A DNA stretch of 64,000 bases from an uncultured Acidobacteriota bacterium (lineage in GTDB: Bacteria; Acidobacteriota; Blastocatellia; RBC074). The notes below the pieces were generated by a model that was not told the origin of the DNA, did no database searches, and saw nothing but the letters and a program-made list of their open reading frames with translations. Of the stretch, positions 55,286 through 64,000 are shown piece after piece (the stretch's first letter is position 1; each line of letters begins with the position of its first letter). Location of the stretch: assembly GCA_963796275.1 (NCBI GenBank), contig CAWCKY010000003.1, positions 992,001 to 1,056,000 on the forward strand, read 5' to 3'. Both the position numbers and the translations under genes were made by a program.

Positions 55286-58200
55286 ATGCGTTTAGAAATC
55301 CCTGCCAAACGATTATTTCCGGCTTTGGCATTTGTTATGCTTTTCAGCCTCGGTCTCGCTGTATACGGGCAGACGAGCGCGAGCCTGAGCGGAACGGTAC
55401 ACGATCCCCAAGGAAATGCTGTGGTTGGGGCGAAAGTTGTATTGACTGATCCAACCAGAAATCTAGTGCTTCAAACTATCACCAGTAGTGAGGGCACTTT
55501 CACATTCACTCCGATTCAACCGAGCGTCTACACGGTGACGGTTGAAGCGCCGGGCTTCAAGAAGAGCCTCCGGACAGGAATAGTCGTCAACGTTGCCGAC
55601 AAGCAGTCAACCGGTCTGATCGTTCTTGAAGTAGGTGAGATCGGCGATGTCGTCGAAGTAACGGCAGACGCGGCGCAATTGCAGATCAAGACAGAGAGCG
55701 GTGAGATAAGTCAGGTGGTCAGCGGCGAGCAAGTCAACAATCTCGCGCTCAATGGAAGAAACTATCTCGATCTGGTCAAAATCACGCCCGGCGTTGTGAG
55801 CTTCGTCAATGCGCAGACGGCGGGGCCAGGCGGTTTGTCAGGATTCAATATCAATGGCACGCGCGCCAACCAGCATAATCTGACGATTGACGGCACGACC
55901 AATGTCGATACGGGCTCGAACGGCACGCAGCACATAGCGCTCGCGCTCGATAATATTGCTGAATTCAAGATTCTCTCTTCGGCGTACCAGGCGGAATATG
56001 GGCGCTCTGCGGGCGGCGACATCAAAGTGCTGACCAAGAGCGGCGGCAAGGAATTTCACGGCACCGGTTATTACTTTCACCGGCACGAGCAGTTCAATGC
56101 CAACAGCTATTTGAACAATGCTGACGGACGTCGTACGGATGGTTTTGAGAACAGCCCACGCAACTTCTATCGCTACAACTACCAAGGATACAATATCGGC
56201 GGTCCGGTCCTCCTCCCCAAGAAAATCTTCGGACCATTGGGTTCTGAGAAGGTCAGAGAAAAACTATTCTTCTTCTGGTCGCAGGAATGGCAGGAACAGT
56301 TATTGCCTGCCGGCAACTTCAACTTCCGTTCGAATCAATCGCGCGTGCCCACGGCAGCTGAAGTCGCAGGAGATTTCAGCGGGTTGAGGGATGGTAACGG
56401 CGCCCCTATTTTCCTGCGCGATCCGCAGGCGGCCGGTTTATGCCAGGCCACACCGGACAGCCCGGTACCAGGAACGAATTATCAAGCAGGATGTTTTCAA
56501 GACATTACGCGCGCGACTACCGGCAATCCGCTAGGCTTGAACATCATTCCGACCGGGCGCATCAATTCAAACGGGCAGGCGATTCTGAGTTACTTCAACA
56601 GGTTCGAGAATACTTCGCTTGCCTCCAGCCCGAACGGTTCGCTCTTCAACCACGCGTCACAGGCGAGCGCGGGATATCCGCGACGCGAATTCAACATTCG
56701 CTTAGATTACAATCTCAGTGAAACCACGCGTATGTACGTCCGCTACACGCGCGATGCCGACCAGCAGATTCTGCCCTACGGTCTCGGTTGGACAGGCGGC
56801 GCCAATCGTGTGCCGATTGACAACCTGATTTTCAGACAGGCTCCAGCCTGGAACAGCACCTACAACCTGACTTCGACGCTATCGCCAACGCTTACCAACG
56901 AATTCGTTTTCGGCGCGAGTCAAAACAATTTGACGCTCGATCCGACGAACGCGGACGCGGCGACCTATGCCGGCTTCGGTTTTAATTGGAGGACGCCCTT
57001 CCCATATCCGGCGAGCCAGTTCATCAACATCAGTTTTGCCGGCGTCCCTGGCCTCGCTGCCTCGACAGATGGCAACACCAACGTGGGCTTTGCCGGAACT
57101 AACGGCTACAGCCAGTTCCCCTACAAGAACTCGAACTCCACTTTCGACTTTTACGATAACGTAAGTAAGGTATTCGGAACCCACACGGCAAAGGCCGGAA
57201 TCTATGTACAACGCAGCCGCAAAGATCAGGCGGCCGGCAATTCGATGAGCATCGTCTTCTCGAACAACCCCAACGATCCGAACAATACGCGTCATCCCTA
57301 TGCCAATGCGCTGCTGGGTAACTTCAACAATCTGACCCAGCCGACTACCGGTATCTATCAAGGCCAGTATCGTTCGACCAACGTTGAATGGTACCTGCAG
57401 GATAACTGGAAAGTTAACCGCCGATTGACGCTCGATTACGGCCTTCGTTTCAACTGGATTCAACCGCAGTTCGACCAACGGCTACAGGGAGGATTTTTCG
57501 TCCCGAGTCAGTTTGATCAGTCCCAGGCCGTACGTTTATACATGCCGACATGTGCCGGGGGCGCGTTCCCCTGCGGGGGAGGTGATAGGCGCGCGGATGA
57601 CCCGGGCACGCCGACAGTTGAGCAACTGGACGCTTTCTTGATTGGCCGAGTTGTGCCCGGTTCGGGCAACAACTTTAACGGGATGCAGATTCCCGGTAGC
57701 GGCATCGAACGCGGCGGCTTCAAGAATCGTGGTATTCAGTTCGGCCCGGCTTTCGGGTTTGCCTACGATGTATTTGGCAATCAGAAGACCGTCTTGCGCG
57801 GCGGTTACCGCATCGGTTACGACCGGGTGTCGGGCAACAATGTGATCTTCCCGTCGGTCGAACAACCGCCGACCTTCATCAACCCGCAATTCGATTTCGG
57901 CAACCTCAACACGGTCGGCACCGGCACGGGCACCCCCGCGCTCGGTACCGTGAATGTGCGCGGCGCCGATTTCGAGGGCTACATTCCGAATGTGCAGAGC
58001 TTCAGCCTGCAGGTGCAGCAGGACATTGGTTTTGATACGGTTGTGACTGCCGGATATGTCGGCTCGCTCTCGCGCCATCTGCCGGAAGACATCAACCTCA
58101 ATGCTCTGCCTTACGGCATACTTTTCACGCAAGCGGCGCAAGATCCGACCCAATTTGCCGGCGGTGTGCCGGCTGCCGATCCAAGTATCGCTCAGGTTTA

Positions 58201-59158
58201 CAAAGATGCCGGGCTGGGTTTCGACGGCTCCAAAGCCCTACCAGCCAACTTTTTACGCCGCTATCCGGGTTACGGGGTGGTACAGATGAAGACCTTCGGC
58301 GGTTCTTCCAACTACCATTCGCTGCAAGCGACGTTGCAACGCCGCTTCAGACAGGGGCTGACTTTCGGAATGTCCTACACGTGGTCGAAGGCGCTCGGTA
58401 CGGCGCAAGACGATGAAGGGAACTTCATTAACCCGGTGTGCTCACGCTGCTTCGATTACCGCCCACTCAACTTTGACAGAACTCATAATATGGTGGTCAA
58501 CTACTTATGGGACCTGCCCAAGCTGAAGTACAATAATCGGTTGGTCAAAGGCGTACTGAACGACTGGCAGATCACTGGCATCACTACGTTCCAGACGGGC
58601 GTGCCGACCGAACTGAACTTCGGTATCCCGAACATAGACGTCAATCAGCGAATCATCGGCACGTACGAAGAAGGGCAGAATGCTATACGCGTGCGGCCTG
58701 TCATCAATGGCGACGTCCAGACGGATGTTACGGGTGGGTCAGACCAGGGTGGGTCGTCACTCGACATCACGGCGATCGGCCTGCCGAACATCAATCCGGG
58801 GCCACAGGCTCGCACATTCGTGCGACGTCCGGGTATCAACGTAACCGACCTCTCAGTTTTCAAGAAGTTCCAGCTGGGCGGCGATGGTCAACGTTATATC
58901 CAACTGCGGCTTGAAACCTTCAACGTCTTTAACCAGGCGCAGTTTGACAACTTCGACACTGGCATAGCTTTCGACATTACCGACTTTGACCAGTACGGAT
59001 CGAAGCGGGTAGGCTCGCCTCAGACGATACGCAACACACGCACGGGCGTGGCTGCCGCGAGCGGCCGCCTCGGTCGCGCGCTCGGCGAATTCAATGGGCA
59101 GCCGGCTTTTGTTTCGCGAAACAGGACGGTACAGCTCGCGTTAAAAATTTACTTCTAA
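55286..59158 (+). CDS. Oar-like TonB-dependent receptor with carboxypeptidase-regulatory-like N-domain
   Basis: LSGTVHDPQG, NGRNY, AEYGRSAGG, QDNWKV..LTLDYGLR, C-terminal Phe. Confidence 0.92.
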   Translation: MRLEIPAKRLFPALAFVMLFSLGLAVYGQTSASLSGTVHDPQGNAVVGAKVVLTDPTRNLVLQTITSSEGTFTFTPIQPSVYTVTVEAPGFKKSLRTGIVVNVADKQSTGLIVLEVGEIGDVVEVTADAAQLQIKTESGEISQVVSGEQVNNLALNGRNYLDLVKITPGVVSFVNAQTAGPGGLSGFNINGTRANQHNLTIDGTTNVDTGSNGTQHIALALDNIAEFKILSSAYQAEYGRSAGGDIKVLTKSGGKEFHGTGYYFHRHEQFNANSYLNNADGRRTDGFENSPRNFYRYNYQGYNIGGPVLLPKKIFGPLGSEKVREKLFFFWSQEWQEQLLPAGNFNFRSNQSRVPTAAEVAGDFSGLRDGNGAPIFLRDPQAAGLCQATPDSPVPGTNYQAGCFQDITRATTGNPLGLNIIPTGRINSNGQAILSYFNRFENTSLASSPNGSLFNHASQASAGYPRREFNIRLDYNLSETTRMYVRYTRDADQQILPYGLGWTGGANRVPIDNLIFRQAPAWNSTYNLTSTLSPTLTNEFVFGASQNNLTLDPTNADAATYAGFGFNWRTPFPYPASQFINISFAGVPGLAASTDGNTNVGFAGTNGYSQFPYKNSNSTFDFYDNVSKVFGTHTAKAGIYVQRSRKDQAAGNSMSIVFSNNPNDPNNTRHPYANALLGNFNNLTQPTTGIYQGQYRSTNVEWYLQDNWKVNRRLTLDYGLRFNWIQPQFDQRLQGGFFVPSQFDQSQAVRLYMPTCAGGAFPCGGGDRRADDPGTPTVEQLDAFLIGRVVPGSGNNFNGMQIPGSGIERGGFKNRGIQFGPAFGFAYDVFGNQKTVLRGGYRIGYDRVSGNNVIFPSVEQPPTFINPQFDFGNLNTVGTGTGTPALGTVNVRGADFEGYIPNVQSFSLQVQQDIGFDTVVTAGYVGSLSRHLPEDINLNALPYGILFTQAAQDPTQFAGGVPAADPSIAQVYKDAGLGFDGSKALPANFLRRYPGYGVVQMKTFGGSSNYHSLQATLQRRFRQGLTFGMSYTWSKALGTAQDDEGNFINPVCSRCFDYRPLNFDRTHNMVVNYLWDLPKLKYNNRLVKGVLNDWQITGITTFQTGVPTELNFGIPNIDVNQRIIGTYEEGQNAIRVRPVINGDVQTDVTGGSDQGGSSLDITAIGLPNINPGPQARTFVRRPGINVTDLSVFKKFQLGGDGQRYIQLRLETFNVFNQAQFDNFDTGIAFDITDFDQYGSKRVGSPQTIRNTRTGVAAASGRLGRALGEFNGQPAFVSRNRTVQLALKIYF

Positions 59159-59189
59159 CCAAACGCTGTAACGTCAATAGCCAATGGCC

Positions 59190-59221
59190 GGGGGTTGCAA
59201 GTTCGTTGCAACCCCCTTTTT
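59190..59221 (+). terminator. Intrinsic terminator
   Basis: gggggttgcaa-gttcg-ttgcaaccccc then T run. Confidence 0.85.
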
Positions 59222-59235
59222 ACTAGGAGAGTCCG

Positions 59236-60286
59236 ATGCCGGATGCGCGATCTCCACAACCCAGGATGGTGTTACTCGGATTTAAACGTCATTTTATTAT
59301 TATGATCGGTGCGGCGATCTTTGTGCTGGCGCCTGGCGATGTCGCAGCCGTAGCGGACCCGATTCGGCAGGGCGGCTTCGTCGTTTTCGGGCGCGTTTCT
59401 TTACCTGACGGACGTCCCGCGGGAAGAGTGAAGGTATTTCTCGAAACGCTGAATGGTTTGAAGCGTGATGTGTTGACCGATGATCAGGGAAATTATGAAT
59501 TTCGCGGGCTGGGCGCTGGGCGTTATCGCCTCTCCGCAACAAACCCGAATGAACCGAAGCAATTTTCCGATCGGGCTGAATCAGATAATACTCGCGCGTT
59601 CGCGAACCGCGTCCAGGTCGACATCTATCTGCGCCTCCCGCATAGTGAAGCAGATAGGAATCATAAACCGGGCACAATCGATGTGTCGGAGGCAGCTCAA
59701 AGCATTCCCAAACCGGCGCGCAAGGCTTATGAACAAGGGCTTAAATCGCAAAAAGAGAATCGACTCGAAAAGGCGATGGCAAGTTTCAATCAGGCGCTCG
59801 AGATTTATCCCGGATACTTTCAGGCATTGACCGATCGCGGCAATCTTCTCATGCAGCAGAACAAATTGACGGAAGCGATGGGCGACTTCGAACGCGCCCT
59901 GCAGATCAACGGACAATACAGCCCGGCCCTGCGAGGCGCCGGGTATTGCAATATTCAACATCGCAAATATGAAGTTGCCATCGGTCTTCTGGAAAAATCG
60001 CTCATCTACGAACCGAAGATCGCCCTTTCGCATATGTTGCTCGGCTATGCCAACCTGTCGCTCAATCGCTACGAACAAGCGAAGCAGGAGTTGCAACAGG
60101 CACTGAAACTCGGGCCTGATAGTGTCAGTGCGGGCGCGCGTCTATCTTGCCGAAGTGCTCGCTTACGAACAAAAATTCAAAGAGGCCGCCGATGAAATCC
60201 GGTCTTATCTGAGATTAAAACCGGAAGCTCCGGATGCAGAAAGCCTGAAGAAGCTGGAAGCCGATTGGCGGGCGCGCAGTAAGTAA
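59236..60286 (+). CDS. Carboxypeptidase-regulatory-like domain plus TPR protein, frameshifted near 60125
   Basis: TDDQGNYEF, IPKPARKAY, TPRs; shifted frame continues VRARVYLAEVL...RARSK-stop at 60286. Confidence 0.82.
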
Positions 60287-60381
60287 GTGGAAACAAAAGG
60301 CAAAACGAACTTAAGAGTAGCTCTGCAGTTAACCCCTTTTTGTTTCCAATTTGCTTTTCTTTTGGGCTACTGTTTATCGTT

Positions 60382-61498
60382 ATGGCGCACTTTCTATTAA
60401 CAATTTTTCTGATTTCATTCTTTTTTCAGCAAACGCCGGATGCCGCTTCTGCGCAATTCAACCGCGCGCTTGCATTACAACAGGAAGGCAAGATGGCCGA
60501 GGCTGTGGATGCATATCGCGCACTGCTTAAACAGAAGCCCGATTATGTCGAAGCTCATGCCAACCTGGGCGTCGTGCTCTCCCGCCTCGGGAGATACGAC
60601 GAAGCGATAGCCGCCTATGAGACGGCATACAGGCTTGCGCCACATCTGACGCCGATCTTGCTTAACCTCGGAATCGCACATTACCGCGCGGGGCGGTTCG
60701 CCAAGGCAGCGGAAATCTTCCCGCAATTTCTGGAAAAGAATCCCGACTCGGTCCAAGCGCACCAGCTCTATGGCCTTTCCCTGGCAGCCTTGGAGCGATA
60801 CGAAGAGGCGATAGCTCAACTCGAACCGATGCGAGATGCCGCACAACCCGATCCGGCTGTGCTCTACACGCTCGGTCTGGCCTATTTGCGCGCAGGCAAA
60901 GCCGGTCTTCAGGCTACGCTCGAACGGCTGGCCTCTTTTCTCGCGGGGTTGCCCGCGCTCCACCTATTGCAGGGCCAGGCATTTCTGCGAGAATCTCGAG
61001 TTCGAGCAGGCGCTCGAAGAATTGAAAGAAGCAGAGAAACTCAATCCCGATCTGCCGCGGTTGTACTATGCCCTGGGACTCGCGCATCAAAGGCTGGGCC
61101 ACAACAAAGAAGCGATCGCGGCTTTTGAAAACGAGATTCGCCGCTCGCCTCGGGATGCCTCGACGCTCTACTTCCTAGCGCTGGTTCTGGAGGCAGATGG
61201 GAACCTGACGGCGGCGGGACAACGAGTCAACGAATCGCTCAAGATCGACCCGCAATCGCCAGAAACCAATGGGTTACTGGGCAAGATACTTTTCAAGCAG
61301 GGAAAGGCTGCCGAAGGTTTGAAACCTCTGGAGACGGCCGTCATAAAAAAACCCGAAGACCCTGAATTGCGCTACCTGCTTGCGCGCATTTATCAGCAGT
61401 TGGGGCGGCCAGAAGATGCAGCGCGCGAATTCGCCGAGGTACAGAAGTTGAAAGCAAAGATGCTGCAGGAGGACAGGGCAAGGGCTCCGAAACATTAA
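60382..61498 (+). CDS. Exported TPR protein, paralogue of 53791..54915, frameshifted near 60992
   Basis: Two overlapping ORFs align end to end with the paralogue; removing one A joins them. Confidence 0.85.
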
Positions 61499-61565
61499 AA
61501 GCGTCGTGGGCCTCGGTGAGGGACGTGTCGCGCCAAGGCCCACAAGTATTAAAATAAGTTACGTT

Positions 61566-62168
61566 TTACTTGATCACCTTCACGTATCCATACATACCCT
61601 CATTGAAATGCGGCAGTACTCCGCAGATCACCAGGTATGTCCCGGGTTTCTCGAATTGCACTACCTCGACACGGTCTCGAGAAGATTGCGATCGCGGGTC
61701 CGGACCTCTGTATATCCGCTTGTTCGGATCGTCGATCAGTGGCGGAGCTGACATTGGGACGAGTAAGGTTGTATTTATGTCGGTGGGTTTCGTCCCGTCA
61801 TCGTAGACGATGATATTGTGAAGACCGGCGATGATGAAGTTCACCGAACCGCCTGCTCTGATCAGGGCGAGCTCCGGTATTAACTCATGAGCGTTGCCGG
61901 CTCCACCTGTGGGGGTTGCGAATCTGTCCAGCGGCGTGGTTGACGATGCTATCCACGCGCCAAAACTGACTGTGGCATTGGAGAGGATACCGAAATTCAG
62001 TGAATCCGTATTACCTTTATCACGGGATTTATGGGCTGAATGCTCAGTGGCTGCGCTGACGTTTGGCTCCCGCGGATCGTAGACATTCGCCAGCACCAAA
62101 TAAGTCGCCAAACCGGCGACTAGAAATGCCGTGGTGCAAATTATCGAGATGCGTGCTCGTTTAATCAT
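61566..62168 (-). CDS. Cupredoxin-like (type 1 copper) exported protein
   Basis: GLHNI His plus PGTYLVICGVLPHFNEGM (C-x4-H-x4-M). Confidence 0.8.
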   Translation of the reverse strand: MIKRARISIICTTAFLVAGLATYLVLANVYDPREPNVSAATEHSAHKSRDKGNTDSLNFGILSNATVSFGAWIASSTTPLDRFATPTGGAGNAHELIPELALIRAGGSVNFIIAGLHNIIVYDDGTKPTDINTTLLVPMSAPPLIDDPNKRIYRGPDPRSQSSRDRVEVVQFEKPGTYLVICGVLPHFNEGMYGYVKVIK

Positions 62169-62424
62169 TCATTTCCTCCTGTTGAAATGTCGGGATTATT
62201 TGTTTATTGGTTTTACCCCGTTAGAGTTATGAAAATAATCTTTCAGGGTAGGCATCATTCCACCAGCCATGAGGCTGAGCCAAGGGGTAGAAGAGAACAG
62301 CTATAAGAGCCGCTAGGATCAGATGCTTTTAATTGATTGGCTTAAAATATTTATAACTTCGTGAGGGGAAAGTCAAGGCGGTGTCATTTTGTGATAACGG
62401 CGTTATGCTTACGCCGCTTCATTT

Positions 62425-64000
62425 TCATTTCTCAGTGATCGTCGTCACGCGGTCTACTGCGATTTTATTGACTGTCTCCACTTTTCCGTTCGGCCATTTA
62501 ATTGTAATTTCATCAACAGTTGTCGTTTTCCCCAGGCCGAAATGCAATCGCCGATCGGAATTTGAAATATAACTGTCGCCGGCATGGACTTCGTCAATTT
62601 GCGTCAATCCGCCGGCTTTGAGCGTTACGCGAGCGCCTACCGCATTACGATTCGATTTCGTGCCGACCAGTCTGAGCTTGATCCAATGACCGGCGATTGA
62701 CCCGCCATCATTACGTAGCAAGGTGGGCGGGCCGTCCAGATTATTGACGACCACATCGATATCTCCATCTTCGTCGTAATCGCCGAATGCCGCGCCGCGT
62801 GAAGCGCGGCGTTCAGTGAGGCTGGCTCCCAGTTCAGCCGCACACTCAGCAAATGTTCCATCGCGGAGATTTCGATAGAAGAGCATTCGCTGGCGATACA
62901 TCCCTTCCGGATATGCTCCTTCGATCTGCGGATAGACGTGGCCATTGACGATCAGCAGATCGAGCCAGCCGTCGTTATCGTAATCGAAGAACTTCGTGCC
63001 CCAGCCGACATAAGGCATGCTCACATCGGCTGTCTTCGACGCCCGCGAGGCATCGATAAAATTACCGTCCGATTGTTTGCGATAGATTGCGTTGTACTGG
63101 TCGGCGAAGTTGGTGATGACGAGGTCGAATCTGCCATCGCGATCATAATCGCCGATGGAAATTCCCATACTGCCCTGCTCGACGCCGTTCTCATCGACCG
63201 CCACGCCCAATGCCAAACCGATTTCGGTGAAAGTTCCGTCGCGGTTATTGCGATAGGCGTAATTCGGCGTCGCGTCGTTCGCGACGATGATGTCGGGCCA
63301 TCCGTCGTCATCTAGGTCGGTCCACATCACGCCGAGCCCGTAGTAACCGTTTGGGTCATCGACTTTAGCCTTCTGCGAAACATCGGTGAACGTCCCATCG
63401 CCATTGTTGCGGTAAAGAACATCTCCCGCGCCCGGCAACCCGCGCGGACCGCATTGGACGGGAATATTGCGATATCTGCAGATATCCCCTTTTCCGAACT
63501 GCGGCAGATCGTCGAGTTTGAAGTCGACGTAGTTGGTGACGAAGAGATCGAGATCGCCGTCGCGGTCGTAATCACCCCAGGCAGAGCCGGCAGAAAAGCG
63601 ATCATCGCTGACGCGCGCTTTTTTCGTCACGTCCTCGAATTTGCCGTCGCCGAGATTGCGGTAGAGCTTATCGGGTCCGAAGCAGGTGACGTATAGATCA
63701 TCGAAACCGTCGTTGTCATAATCGGCGACCGATACGCCCATCGCCCATCCGGGGTCCGCCACGCCCGCTTTTCCCGCGACGTCCGCGAATTTTCCATTGC
63801 CGAGATTTCGATATAGGGCTGCCGGGGGACGCGTCTTTTTCGCCAGCGCCGCCTCGACCGAAAATGAGTTGACGATATAAATGTCGAGTTTGCCGTCATT
63901 GTCGAAATCGAACATTGCGACGCCGCCGTTCATGCTCTCGACAATGTATCTCTTTTCCGATGAGGAGGCGCTGCTGAAGCCGATGCCTGATGATTTGGTG
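62425..64000 (-). CDS. CRTAC1-family protein (FG-GAP repeats + ASPIC/UnbV), 5' truncated
   Basis: Repeated DxDxDGxxD motifs, SRGAAFGD, LHFGLG, WPNG. Confidence 0.92.
   Translation of the reverse strand, partial: TKSSGIGFSSASSSEKRYIVESMNGGVAMFDFDNDGKLDIYIVNSFSVEAALAKKTRPPAALYRNLGNGKFADVAGKAGVADPGWAMGVSVADYDNDGFDDLYVTCFGPDKLYRNLGDGKFEDVTKKARVSDDRFSAGSAWGDYDRDGDLDLFVTNYVDFKLDDLPQFGKGDICRYRNIPVQCGPRGLPGAGDVLYRNNGDGTFTDVSQKAKVDDPNGYYGLGVMWTDLDDDGWPDIIVANDATPNYAYRNNRDGTFTEIGLALGVAVDENGVEQGSMGISIGDYDRDGRFDLVITNFADQYNAIYRKQSDGNFIDASRASKTADVSMPYVGWGTKFFDYDNDGWLDLLIVNGHVYPQIEGAYPEGMYRQRMLFYRNLRDGTFAECAAELGASLTERRASRGAAFGDYDEDGDIDVVVNNLDGPPTLLRNDGGSIAGHWIKLRLVGTKSNRNAVGARVTLKAGGLTQIDEVHAGDSYISNSDRRLHFGLGKTTTVDEITIKWPNGKVETVNKIAVDRVTTITEK

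Overview
A 64-kb, gene-dense bacterial chromosome segment. Gene content (Oar-like TonB receptor, CRTAC1/ASPIC protein, TPR paralogues, kinase-ATPase-TPR fusion) suggests Acidobacteriota; this is an inference. It holds about 55 CDS: housekeeping (queF, ribB, ribE, cmk, ltaE, hemW, fur, deoC, trpS, scpA, scpB, panE, selA, cysQ), transport, signalling and secreted proteins, plus two tRNAs. Best find: a tRNA-Arg(UCU) split after U34 by a 237-nt group I intron whose core pairings, P1 and P10 can be read from the sequence. Also notable: ScpB with about 510 aa of seven acidic tandem repeats; DeoC with a microcompartment-encapsulation-like N-terminal helix in a fur cluster containing two small ORFs absent from the ORF track; divergent sigma-54 promoters around a NifA-like activator; a TPR/TonB/CRTAC1 cluster; and several palindromic intergenic repeat families. 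Four genes have single-base frameshifts, probably assembly errors. No CRISPR, prophage or transposase was seen. All calls come from reading motifs by eye, without database searches.
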